A stretch of 64,000 bases of DNA, taken from NCBI GenBank assembly GCA_963718615.1, contig OY970368.1, forward strand, positions 4,416,001 through 4,480,000, written 5' to 3'. The notes below the pieces were generated by a model, which saw only the letters and a list, made by a program, of their open reading frames with translations, made no database searches and was not told the DNA's origin. A program made the position numbers and the translations under genes. This document shows positions 30,536-40,020 of the stretch, one piece after another (the first letter of the stretch is position 1; each line of letters opens with the position of its first letter). The DNA is from an uncultured cyanobacterium (GTDB taxonomy: Bacteria > Cyanobacteriota > Cyanobacteriia > PCC-9006 > JAAUQQ01).

Positions 30536-33352
30536 ATGCCCCGCAAGAAAGTATCTCAATCTACAGATTCTGAACAGTTGGAACTTGTGGGAGCTGAACC
30601 CGAATCTTCTGAGGCAAAATCAAACACCAAAACTAAAAAAACCAAAGCTGAAAAAGCGAAGGTCCAGCAGCCTTTGACCACAGTCCAGCAGCTTGGCAGC
30701 ATTCTCAAATCTTGCCGAGACATTATGCGCAAGGATAAAGGGCTCAACGGGGATACCGATCGCCTACCGATGCTGACCTGGATTATGTTCCTCAAGTTTT
30801 TGGATGACGTGGAACGGCTGCGGGAAACAGAGGCGCTTTTGGCAGGAGAGACATTTAAGGCAGCGATCGAATCTCCCTACCGCTGGCGCGACTGGGCGGC
30901 TAATCCAGATCGGCCTACGGGGGATGAGCTGATTGCATTTATTGAACAAGAAAAAACGGTCAGACCCGATGGCCTGGAAGGGGCAGGGCTCTTTGCCTAT
31001 TTACGAGGACTTCAGGGAACGGATGGCAAGGATCGCCGGGATGTCATCGCGACGGTGTTCAAAGGCGCGATCAACCGGATGATCAACGGCTATCTGCTAC
31101 GGGATGTGATCAACAAGATCAACGGTATTCAGTTTCAGTCCTCCGAAGAGATTCATACCCTAGGGCACCTCTATGAGTCGATGCTGAAGGAGATGCGTGA
31201 TGCGGCTGGGGATTCGGGGGAGTTTTATACGCCACGTCCGGTGGTGAAGTTTATGGTGCGGGTGCTGGATCCGAGGCTGGGAGAGACGGTGCTGGATCCG
31301 GCCTGCGGCACGGGGGGATTCTTGCTGGAGGCCTTTGAGCATTTGAAGCCCCAGTGTCAGACGGTGGCGGATCAGGAGATTTTGCAGCAGTGCAGTTTGT
31401 TTGGTGGGGAGGCGAAGCCACTGCCCTATTTGCTAGCGCAGATGAATTTGCTGTTGCATGGATTGGAGTTGCCAGATATTGATGCGGGAAATTCGTTGCG
31501 GCATAAGCTGACGGAATTGGGCGATCGCGATCGCGTCGATATCATCCTGACCAACCCACCTTTTGGTGGCGAGGAAGAAAAGGGCATTCAGGGAAATTTT
31601 CCGGACGACAAGCAAACCAGCGAAACAGCACTCTTGTTTTTGCAACTGATTATGCGGTTGTTGCGGCGGAAGCAGGGCGATGAGACCGGTGGACGGGCTG
31701 GCGTCGTTGTTCCCAATGGCACACTGTTTGGGGATGGGGTTTGTGCGCGGATTAAAGGGCAGTTGTTGACGGAGTTCAATCTGCATACGATTGTGCGGTT
31801 GCCGAATGGGACATTTGCGCCCTATACGAGTATTCCGACGAATCTGCTGTTTTTTGACCGTTCTGGCCCCACAAAGGAAATCTGGTACTATGAGCAGCCG
31901 TTACCGGAGGGTCGCAAGAACTACTCCAAGACGAAGCCGCTTCAGTTTGAGGAATTGGCGGACTGTCTGGCTTGGTGGCATGAGCGCAAGGAAAATGACC
32001 AGGCTTGGAAGGTGCCGGTGGGAGATGTGCTGAAGTACAACGAGGATGGCACGTTGGCTTCGGTGAATTTGGATATCAAGAATCCGAGGGGGCAGGCGGC
32101 CATTGAGCATCGGCCCCCGGAAGATCTGGTGGCAAGTATTCAGGCAAAGGAGCGGCGGATTCTTGAACTTTCGGCGGAGATTTTGGCATCGCTGGGGGGC
32201 TCGGGAGCGAAATCTCATGATGAGGCGAGTGATGCAACGACAATGGAAACGCCATCCCAATTGGTTCAAAATTTCGCTGCGCTCATGCCCGATTTGCCTA
32301 TGGCTCGGCATCCGGCGGAGACGGGCTATAGCGATTTTTTAACGGATACGGTGGCGTTGTTGGAGGCGGCAAGGCGGGCGGCGGCGCGATCGGTGAATGC
32401 GGTGATGACGGCGACCTATTGGGAGCTGGGGCGGCGGATTGTGGAGTGGGAGCAGGGGGGCAAGGAACGGGCGGAGTATGGGAGTGGCTTGCTGAAGCGG
32501 CTCTCGCAGGATTTGACAGAAAAATTAGGGCGGGGGTTTTCGGAGCGAAATTTGGAGCAGATGCGGCGGTTTTATCTGGGTTGGCCGATTTCGCAGACGC
32601 TGTCTGCGAAATTTGTAGATTTGGCTGGACGCTTTCCGCTGCCCTGGTCGCACTATGTTTGTCTGTTGGGGGTGGAGCAAGAGGAGGCGCGATCGTTTTA
32701 TGAACGGGAGGCGTTGACCTACGGCTGGACGGTGCGGCAGCTAAAGCGGCAGATGGGGTCGCAGTTTTATGAACGGACGTTGTTGTCGAAGCATAAGGCG
32801 GCGATGTTGCGGAAGGCGGGGGAGGTGTTGCCGGAGGATGGGATGACGGTGGCGGAGGTGGTGAAGGATCCCTATGTGTTGGAGTTTTTGGATCTGAAGG
32901 ATGAGTATTCGGAGTCGGATTTGGAGGCGGCGTTGATTGCGCATCTGGAAACGTTTTTGTTGGAGTTGGGGGGGGATTTTGCGTTTGTGGGGCGGCAGCG
33001 GCGGTTGCGGATTGGGGATCAGTGGTTTCGGGTGGATTTGTTGTTTTTCCATCGGCGGTTGCGGTGTTTGGTGGTGATTGATTTGAAGTTGGGGGAGTTT
33101 AGTCATGCTGATTCGGGGCAGATGAATTTGTATTTGAATTATGCGCGGGAGCATTGGGTGAATGAGGGGGAGAATCCGCCGGTGGGGTTGATTCTTTGTA
33201 ATAAGAAGGATGCGGCGGTGGCGCATTATGCGTTGGCGGGGTTGGAGAATCAGGTATTGGCGGCGGAGTATCGGATGCTGTTGCCGGATGAGGCGGTGTT
33301 GGCGGCGGAGCTGGAGAAGACTAGGAAATTATTGGAGGAGCGTAAAGCTTAG
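30536..33352 (+). CDS. hsdM: type I methyltransferase subunit M fused to YhcG/DUF1016 nuclease domain
   Basis: GEFYTPR, DPACGTGGFL, NPPF (N6-adenine); from about 32320 YWELGRRIVE, GFSERNL, LPWSHY, KDPYVLEFL, RVDLLF, IDLK, GQMNLYLNY, PPVGLILC. Confidence 0.9.
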   Translation: MPRKKVSQSTDSEQLELVGAEPESSEAKSNTKTKKTKAEKAKVQQPLTTVQQLGSILKSCRDIMRKDKGLNGDTDRLPMLTWIMFLKFLDDVERLRETEALLAGETFKAAIESPYRWRDWAANPDRPTGDELIAFIEQEKTVRPDGLEGAGLFAYLRGLQGTDGKDRRDVIATVFKGAINRMINGYLLRDVINKINGIQFQSSEEIHTLGHLYESMLKEMRDAAGDSGEFYTPRPVVKFMVRVLDPRLGETVLDPACGTGGFLLEAFEHLKPQCQTVADQEILQQCSLFGGEAKPLPYLLAQMNLLLHGLELPDIDAGNSLRHKLTELGDRDRVDIILTNPPFGGEEEKGIQGNFPDDKQTSETALLFLQLIMRLLRRKQGDETGGRAGVVVPNGTLFGDGVCARIKGQLLTEFNLHTIVRLPNGTFAPYTSIPTNLLFFDRSGPTKEIWYYEQPLPEGRKNYSKTKPLQFEELADCLAWWHERKENDQAWKVPVGDVLKYNEDGTLASVNLDIKNPRGQAAIEHRPPEDLVASIQAKERRILELSAEILASLGGSGAKSHDEASDATTMETPSQLVQNFAALMPDLPMARHPAETGYSDFLTDTVALLEAARRAAARSVNAVMTATYWELGRRIVEWEQGGKERAEYGSGLLKRLSQDLTEKLGRGFSERNLEQMRRFYLGWPISQTLSAKFVDLAGRFPLPWSHYVCLLGVEQEEARSFYEREALTYGWTVRQLKRQMGSQFYERTLLSKHKAAMLRKAGEVLPEDGMTVAEVVKDPYVLEFLDLKDEYSESDLEAALIAHLETFLLELGGDFAFVGRQRRLRIGDQWFRVDLLFFHRRLRCLVVIDLKLGEFSHADSGQMNLYLNYAREHWVNEGENPPVGLILCNKKDAAVAHYALAGLENQVLAAEYRMLLPDEAVLAAELEKTRKLLEERKA

Positions 33353-33355
33353 ACT

Positions 33356-34525
33356 ATGGCTAACAGGTTTAATGAATGTTATTCTCCTTTAGACTGGCCT
33401 ATTACTCCTTTAGAAAGAGTGATCAGTCATCGTAAAGAATTTATTCAAATCGATGATCTTTCATCGTATAAGCGATGTAGAGTACAGGTCGATGCAAAAG
33501 GTATTCTTCTACGAGATATTGTCAGTGGCTTAGAGGTCAAAACCAAGAAGCAACAAGTCTGCAAGACAGGCGATTTCTTGGTAGCAGAGATTGATGCCAA
33601 GGTCGGAGGCTATGGAATTGTTCCGCAGGAATTAGAAGGAGCAATTGTCAGTAGCCACTATTTTCTGTATGAAATAGATGAGTCTGTACTGGATCGAGAC
33701 TTTCTTGATTTTTACATTCGTATTCCAACCTTTCGAGAGCAGGTTGCATCCCAAGGCTCAACTAACTATGCTGCAATTAGGCCGCATCATGTGCTGGAAT
33801 ACAAAATGCCTCTGCCGCCTTTGCAGGAGCAGCGGCGGATTGTGGGGCGGATTGAGGAGCTGGTGGCTAAGGTTGAGGAGGCGCGGGGGCTGAGGGCGAT
33901 CGCGCAGAAGAAATTAAAGAGTTTTGTCAGTGCGACGCACATTCATTTAGCTGCTGATAGAATTGTTGAACTTGGTCAAGTAATTGAACTAGATGAGAAA
34001 AGAGAAATTATTAAAGATTCACATGGCTACCCTCAAGTCGGTGTGAGAGGATTTGGTGGAGGCTTATTTGCAAAGGAATCAGTATTAGCTTCAGAAACAA
34101 AGTATAAACATTTCAATCAACTATATGAAGGAGCTATAGTTCTAAGCCAAGTGAAAGGATGGGAAGGTGCAATTGCATCCTGCCCACAAAATCTTGCAGA
34201 TCTGTATGTGTCTCCCGAGTACAGAACATTTAGATGTGTTCAAGGAGAATCTATTCCAGATTATATGGCTTCGCTTGTAACTACACCTTGGTTTTGGTCT
34301 CAGCTCAAAGACTTGACGAGAGGGATGGGGGGACGTAGGGAACGAACTCGGCCAGAACTCTTTCTTAAAATGCAGCTTCCAATGCCAACCATTGAACAAC
34401 AAGTTCAAGCGATTCAATCGTTCAAACGTCTAACTCCGCTCAAACAACTCCAAGCCCAAACCGAAACCGAGCTAAACGCCCTCATCCCCGCCATCCTCGA
34501 TAAAGCCTTCAAAGGCGAACTATGA
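33356..34525 (+). CDS. hsdS: type I specificity subunit S
   Basis: Two TRDs separated by PLPPLQEQRRIV helical spacer; ends AILDKAFKGEL. Confidence 0.92.
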   Translation: MANRFNECYSPLDWPITPLERVISHRKEFIQIDDLSSYKRCRVQVDAKGILLRDIVSGLEVKTKKQQVCKTGDFLVAEIDAKVGGYGIVPQELEGAIVSSHYFLYEIDESVLDRDFLDFYIRIPTFREQVASQGSTNYAAIRPHHVLEYKMPLPPLQEQRRIVGRIEELVAKVEEARGLRAIAQKKLKSFVSATHIHLAADRIVELGQVIELDEKREIIKDSHGYPQVGVRGFGGGLFAKESVLASETKYKHFNQLYEGAIVLSQVKGWEGAIASCPQNLADLYVSPEYRTFRCVQGESIPDYMASLVTTPWFWSQLKDLTRGMGGRRERTRPELFLKMQLPMPTIEQQVQAIQSFKRLTPLKQLQAQTETELNALIPAILDKAFKGEL

Positions 34526-34734
34526 TGAAAATAATCCCTTACTTATGTAAGACAAACCCCGTAAGCTCTTCTCGCTCTGCACTCACCTTCATTGGAGGCT
34601 CAAGGCATTCAGTCGGCTGATTGGGGCGATCAACGTAAACCCTACGGTTTTTACGACCGATTATATAACTATTCCCGATCCCAGGCTGCCCTAACCTAAG
34701 ATCGGGATGAATTGAGTTTATGGACTAGCCAAGT

Positions 34735-37362
34735 TTACGAGTCAACGGCTGCTGTCGCCAGCTCTGCCGGTAAGCGCTTGAAGGCCAGCCGCTCGTTTTC
34801 CACATCGACAAAGATCGTGTCGCCTTCGTTGAACTTGCTTCGGAGGATGTCCTTGGCGATCGCCGTCTCCAACTCCCGCTGAATCGCCCGCTTCAAAGGC
34901 CGAGCCCCATACACCGGGTCAAACCCAACTTCCGCCAGAAAATCTAAGGCTGCATCCGAAAGTTTGAGCGACAACTTTCGATCGTCCAAGCGCTTCGCCA
35001 ACCGCTGTACCTGAATCTTGACGATGCTGCGCAGTTCATCCCGCTTGAGGCCATGGAAGATGATGATCTCATCAATCCGGTTGAGGAACTCAGGGCGAAA
35101 ATGGCCGCGCATAGCGTCCATGACTCGGCTGCGCATCTCTTCGTACTGGTCTTCGCCGGTCACATCTAAGATGTATTGCGAACCAATGTTGCTCGTCATA
35201 ATGATGATCGCATTGGTGAAATCCACCGTATGGCCTTGGGAATCGGTGACGCGACCATCGTCGAGGATTTGCAACATGACATTGAAGACATCCGGATGGG
35301 CCTTTTCGATTTCGTCGAAGAGGATGACGCTGTAGGGTCGACGACGGACTAGTTCCGTGAGCTGACCGCCTTCGTCATAGCCAACGTAGCCCGGAGGTGC
35401 GCCGATGAGCCTTGCGACCGAATGTTTTTCCATGTACTCAGACATATCGATCCGAACCATGGCCTCTTCGGTGTCGAACATATAGGCGGCAAGGGCTTTG
35501 GCTAGCTCGGTTTTACCGACACCCGTTGGCCCCATGAAGATGAAGCTAGCGATCGGTCGGTTCGGGTCCGATAGACCTGCACGGGAGCGCTGGATCGCAT
35601 CGGCAACGGCGGTAACCGCATCGGATTGGCCAATCACTCGCTGATGCAACACATCTTCCAGTTGTAGGAGCTTTTGCATTTCCGACTCCACCAGTTTGCT
35701 GATGGGAATGCCAGTCCATTTGGAAATGATTTCGGCGATGTCGGCTTCCGTCACCTCTTCCCGTAACAGCGTATTGCCGCTAGTTTGGGCATTGCTGAGC
35801 TGGGCTTCGGTGGCCATGAGCTGTTTTTGTAAGGCCGCAAGGTTGCCGTATTTGAGTTCAGCGGCGCGGTTGAGATCGTAATCGCGTTCAGCCTGTTGAA
35901 TTTCAACATTCAAGCGATCGATTTCTTCCTTAATACCCTGAAGCTTTTCAATAATGTTCTTCTCAGACTGCCACTGGGCATTGAGAGTGCTTTGCTGTTC
36001 TTTCAAATCAGCAATCTCTTTTTCTAGCCGCTCTAAGCGCTCCAAGGAAGCCGGATCGCTTTCCTTTTGTAGGGACAACCGCTCCATTTCCAGCTGGAGG
36101 ATCTTGCGATCGACCTCATCCAGTTCCTCCGGCTTGGAGGTAATTTCCATTTTGAGCCGTGCCGCCGCTTCGTCCACCAGGTCAATGGCCTTGTCCGGGA
36201 GGAAGCGATCGCTAATATACCGAGTCGAAAGCGTTGCTGCCGCAACCAAGGCATTGTCCGAAATCTTTACCCCATGGTGAACTTCATAGCGTTCTTTCAA
36301 CCCACGCAAAATCGAAATCGTATCGGCTTCGCTGGGCTGATCTACATAAACCTGCTGGAATCGCCGCTCTAGGGCCGCGTCCTTCTCGATATATTTGCGA
36401 TACTCGTCCAGCGTCGTCGCACCGATACAGCGCAGTTCGCCCCGCGCCAGCATCGGCTTCAGCAGGTTGCCCGCATCCATCGCGCCCTGGCTAGCTCCAG
36501 CACCCACGACGGTGTGAATTTCGTCGATGAACAGAATAATTTGACCATCGGACTCGGTGACTTCCTTCAGGACCGCCTTGAGCCGCTCCTCAAACTCGCC
36601 CCGGAACTTGGCCCCAGCAATCAGCGAACCCATATCCAGGGAAATTAACTGACGGTCCTTGAGGGATTGGGGCACATCGCCGCTGACGATGCGTTGGGCT
36701 AGCCCTTCGGCGATCGCCGTCTTCCCTACACCGGGTTCCCCAATTAACACCGGGTTATTCTTCGTCCGCCGCGACAAAATCTGAATCGTTCGGCGAATTT
36801 CCTCATCCCGGCCAATCACCGGATCCAGCTTGCCCGCCTTCGCCGCTTCTGTCAGGTCCCGGCCATATTTTTCGAGGGATTCATACTTGCCCTCTGGATT
36901 TTGACTGTCCACCTTTTGATTCCCCCTGATCTGCTGAATCGTTTCCCGGAGCTTGTCTTCAGTGATGCCAAACTCCCGCAAGAGTCCTTTGCCGAAGCGA
37001 TCGTCCTGGCCATACCCCAAAAGCAGGTGCTCCACCGAAATATAGTCGTCGCCAAATTCCTGGCGATAATTTTCGGCGCGATCGAGCAATGTGTCGAGCG
37101 ATCGTCCCAAATAAATCGAGTCCCCAGCACCGGAAATTTTTGGATGCTTAGCAATCTGCTGCTCGGTGTAGCTCTGCAACCGCTGTAGATTCGCCCCCAG
37201 TTTGGTGAAGATGCTGGTCGTGAGTCCCTGTTCATTGAGCAGGGCTTTGAACAGATGATCGCTTTCAATATGTTGGTGTTGAGCTTGTTTAGCGATGTCG
37301 GGGGTGTTGGCGATCGCGGTCCAAGCCTTCTCAGTATATTGGTTGGGGTTTGTGGGTTGCAT
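34735..37362 (-). CDS. clpB: ATP-dependent chaperone ClpB
   Basis: [16 protein letters not shown], coiled-coil M domain, [15 protein letters not shown]. Confidence 0.97.
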   Translation of the reverse strand: MQPTNPNQYTEKAWTAIANTPDIAKQAQHQHIESDHLFKALLNEQGLTTSIFTKLGANLQRLQSYTEQQIAKHPKISGAGDSIYLGRSLDTLLDRAENYRQEFGDDYISVEHLLLGYGQDDRFGKGLLREFGITEDKLRETIQQIRGNQKVDSQNPEGKYESLEKYGRDLTEAAKAGKLDPVIGRDEEIRRTIQILSRRTKNNPVLIGEPGVGKTAIAEGLAQRIVSGDVPQSLKDRQLISLDMGSLIAGAKFRGEFEERLKAVLKEVTESDGQIILFIDEIHTVVGAGASQGAMDAGNLLKPMLARGELRCIGATTLDEYRKYIEKDAALERRFQQVYVDQPSEADTISILRGLKERYEVHHGVKISDNALVAAATLSTRYISDRFLPDKAIDLVDEAAARLKMEITSKPEELDEVDRKILQLEMERLSLQKESDPASLERLERLEKEIADLKEQQSTLNAQWQSEKNIIEKLQGIKEEIDRLNVEIQQAERDYDLNRAAELKYGNLAALQKQLMATEAQLSNAQTSGNTLLREEVTEADIAEIISKWTGIPISKLVESEMQKLLQLEDVLHQRVIGQSDAVTAVADAIQRSRAGLSDPNRPIASFIFMGPTGVGKTELAKALAAYMFDTEEAMVRIDMSEYMEKHSVARLIGAPPGYVGYDEGGQLTELVRRRPYSVILFDEIEKAHPDVFNVMLQILDDGRVTDSQGHTVDFTNAIIIMTSNIGSQYILDVTGEDQYEEMRSRVMDAMRGHFRPEFLNRIDEIIIFHGLKRDELRSIVKIQVQRLAKRLDDRKLSLKLSDAALDFLAEVGFDPVYGARPLKRAIQRELETAIAKDILRSKFNEGDTIFVDVENERLAFKRLPAELATAAVDS

Positions 37363-37586
37363 AGCTCTTCTCACCAGGGACGCCTCTTGATGACCCTATT
37401 GTAAGAAGACTGAGGGCTGGTCAGGGTCGGTCTTCACGCCCTAGGAAGGTGAAATTCGCGCCTTCAAATTCCCGTTGGCAAACCCATGAAACAATCCGTG
37501 CGCTAAGGCCAGGAATACGGCACAATAGGGACACCAAAAGATCCTTAAGATCCTTTATAAAGCTTAACATCTGGAGATTTTATTTT

Positions 37587-37826
37587 ATGGATGAGCGTCA
37601 AAAGCGTATGCTTGCCCACGTTGCCAAAACCATGCCCAAGCAGCCGGAGGTCATGGTGCCCGATACGAGTATGGGCTACTACGGAGCGTTCCCGGTGAAG
37701 TTCCCCGATGCCAAGCGAAGTGCCAAGATGCTTGAGCATGTCTCTCGTAGCCTTGGCAACTTTGCCAAAACTGCGCCGACCTTTGATCAAATTGTGGCGC
37801 ATTTGTCACAAACCGACGGCAAATAA
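37587..37826 (+). CDS. small hypothetical protein with three His-containing repeats
   Basis: GGAG RBS; MLAHVAKT / MLEHVSRS / IVAHLSQT. Confidence 0.6.
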   Translation: MDERQKRMLAHVAKTMPKQPEVMVPDTSMGYYGAFPVKFPDAKRSAKMLEHVSRSLGNFAKTAPTFDQIVAHLSQTDGK

Positions 37827-37848
37827 GCCTTGATTTGTTTCAGTTCAA

Positions 37849-37889
37849 TAGGGGGACGAACGGCTGGACGAACGGCGGTTCGTCCCTAC
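37849..37889. repeat. GTAG-type REP-like palindrome with internal duplication
   Basis: TAGGGGGACGAACGGC-TGGACGAACGGC-GGTTCGTCCCTAC; supplies the HNH stop codon. Confidence 0.6.
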
Positions 37890-38383
37890 AGGCCAATGAC
37901 GTATTTGCGCCATTCTTCGTGTTTTCCGGTTTTCAAATGGCGGGCCACTTCAAAATGTAGGCTGCTATAGGGACGGCGAGGGGTCGTTCGCAGCAACATA
38001 TTGGCTTCCTTAGGGGTGCGATTGCCCTTTTTGACATTGCATCGCACGCAGGCGGTCACCATGTTGTCCCATTTGTCCGTACCGCCTCGGGAACGGGGCA
38101 GCACATGGTCTAGCGTGAGTTCATCGCCCGTGTAGCCACAGTATTGACAAGCATGACCATCCCGATGCAGGATATTACGCCGGGTCAGCGGAATCTCTTT
38201 GTAGGGAATCTGGACAAAACTCCGCAGACGGATCACCGTGGGCAGCGGTATGCCCGCTCGCAAAACACGACCGTTATGTTCGACCTGCTCAGCCTTCTCT
38301 TTGAGCATCAGCACCACCGCGCGCTTCCAATTGGTGATGTTGAGCGGCTCGTAGGAGGCATTTAGCACCAAAACCTTGCTCAT
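37886..38383 (-). CDS. HNH endonuclease (conserved cyanobacterial, divergent from alr)
   Basis: VLVLNASYEPL, CQYCG, TLDHVLPRSRGG, ACVRCNVKKG. Confidence 0.92.
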   Translation of the reverse strand: MSKVLVLNASYEPLNITNWKRAVVLMLKEKAEQVEHNGRVLRAGIPLPTVIRLRSFVQIPYKEIPLTRRNILHRDGHACQYCGYTGDELTLDHVLPRSRGGTDKWDNMVTACVRCNVKKGNRTPKEANMLLRTTPRRPYSSLHFEVARHLKTGKHEEWRKYVIGL

Positions 38384-38606
38384 AGGTTATGTGGAGGCCT
38401 GACGACGGAAGGGCCTGAGGTTTCACCGATAGTAACATAGGCGCTCCTGAACTCGCCTGACAGCGATGGGTCGTGGGGGGGGTCTCGGGTGCACGATTGC
38501 CGTTTTCTAGGGTTCGCGTCTAAACTGCTTGCAATTCCATGGGGATTTCCCGGTCGGGTGAGCCTGTGGTACTGGTGTGGTGGTACTGGTGTGAAGGAGT
38601 AAACGG

Positions 38607-39836
38607 ATGAATAGCGAGCTGCTTAGTGGGCTACCGCTTCAGCGTGCATGGGTCGAAATTGACCGAGGGGCGATCGCCCACAATGTCCGTCAAATTCGTC
38701 GGTTGCTCAAGCCCAGCACGGATCTGATGGCAGTGGTGAAAGCTGATGCCTATGGCCATGGGGCAGTGACCGTGGCCCAGGCCGCCGTCGAAGCGGGAGC
38801 CACTTGGCTAGGGGTTGCGACGGTGACGGAAGGGATTGAACTCCGTCGGGCCGGAATGACGGCTCCGATTTTATTGATGGGGGCGACCCATAGCGGCGAT
38901 GAAGCGCGGGCGATCGCCCATTGGCAAATCCAACCCACCCTCAGCTCCGCCAAGCAAGCCGCAGTCTTTTCCGAAGCCTTGGGGCGCTGCGCCTCTCCCC
39001 TGCCGGTCCATCTCAAGCTGGATACGGGGATGTCTCGCCTCGGGGTGCCTTGGGAACAGGCGGTGTCGTTTGTAGATTGGGTCCAGGGCTTGCCGAATTT
39101 GGCAATTGCCAGTGTCTATTCCCATTTGGCCACGGCGGATGAGCGGGATCCAACCGTCATGCGGTTGCAGCAGCGGCGGTATGAGGAGGCGATCGCAGCC
39201 CTCCGCAGTGCAGGTTTCAATCCCCCCCGGCTGCACCTGGCCAACTCAGCCGCCACCCTAGCGGACCCTGCACTCCAATACGATATGGTTCGGGTCGGAT
39301 TGGGTCTCTACGGCCTCTATCCCGCTCCCCATCTAGCCCAGCGGGCCGATCTGCAGCCCGTCCTCGGCATTCAAGCCCGGATTACCCAGGTTCGCCAAGT
39401 TGCCGCTGGCACCGGCATCAGCTATGGTCATCGGTTTATTGCGCCCCAGGCCATGAAGGTTGCCGTGGCCGGGATTGGCTATGCCGACGGGGTCCCCCGC
39501 TGTTTGTCCAATCGCCTAGAAGTCCTGATTCGCGGTCAACGGGTCCGGCAGTTGGGCAATATCACCATGGACCAGATCATGCTAGATGTGTCGGAGATTG
39601 GGGAGATTCAACCGGGCGATCGCCTCACCCTGTTGGGCCAATCCGGCGACGACCGCATTAGTGCCGACGATTGGGCGGCGCTGGCGGGAACGATTTCCTG
39701 GGAAATTCTTTGTGGTTTTAAGCATCGCTTACCCCGCGTCATTCTCTCAAGAGCAGAAACCATTGCCGAAAGCCCCAGGGCGGAGGTCTTGGTCAATCCT
39801 CGCCCCCGTCTGTCCAGCGGATCACAGGGTATCTAA
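38607..39836 (+). CDS. alr: alanine racemase
   Basis: AVVKADAYGHG, KLDTGMSRLG, SHLA, GYADG, MDQ. Confidence 0.96.
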   Translation: MNSELLSGLPLQRAWVEIDRGAIAHNVRQIRRLLKPSTDLMAVVKADAYGHGAVTVAQAAVEAGATWLGVATVTEGIELRRAGMTAPILLMGATHSGDEARAIAHWQIQPTLSSAKQAAVFSEALGRCASPLPVHLKLDTGMSRLGVPWEQAVSFVDWVQGLPNLAIASVYSHLATADERDPTVMRLQQRRYEEAIAALRSAGFNPPRLHLANSAATLADPALQYDMVRVGLGLYGLYPAPHLAQRADLQPVLGIQARITQVRQVAAGTGISYGHRFIAPQAMKVAVAGIGYADGVPRCLSNRLEVLIRGQRVRQLGNITMDQIMLDVSEIGEIQPGDRLTLLGQSGDDRISADDWAALAGTISWEILCGFKHRLPRVILSRAETIAESPRAEVLVNPRPRLSSGSQGI

Positions 39837-39913
39837 AAAAATCGGTGACAGTCGCCCAGCTTGTCTGTTAGAATGTGCTAGCTCAATGTACAGCGTGCAT
39901 CCTGAGCCATTCT

Positions 39914-40002
39914 GGAGAGGTGGCTGAGCGGTTGAAAGCGGCTCCCTGCTAAGGAGTTATGGGGTGTAAACTTCATCGGGGGTTCGAATCCCCCCCTCTC
40001 CG
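39914..40002 (+). tRNA. trnS: tRNA-Ser(GCT)
   Basis: GGAGAGG/CCTCTCC acceptor stem, anticodon loop CT-GCT-AA, long variable arm, GGTTCGAATCC T-arm; no encoded CCA. Confidence 0.95.
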
Positions 40003-40020
40003 TATCATTCCTTTTTTGAG

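Noticed and set aside
32741-33226. 161-aa antisense ORF rich in P/Q/H/R/I
   Set aside because: Shadow of the G/T-biased YhcG coding strand; no recognisable motifs.
37886-38383. HNH gene as a mobile or defence element linked to the R-M locus
   Set aside because: It looks like the conserved cyanobacterial HNH next to alr, has host-like composition and is separated from hsd by clpB.
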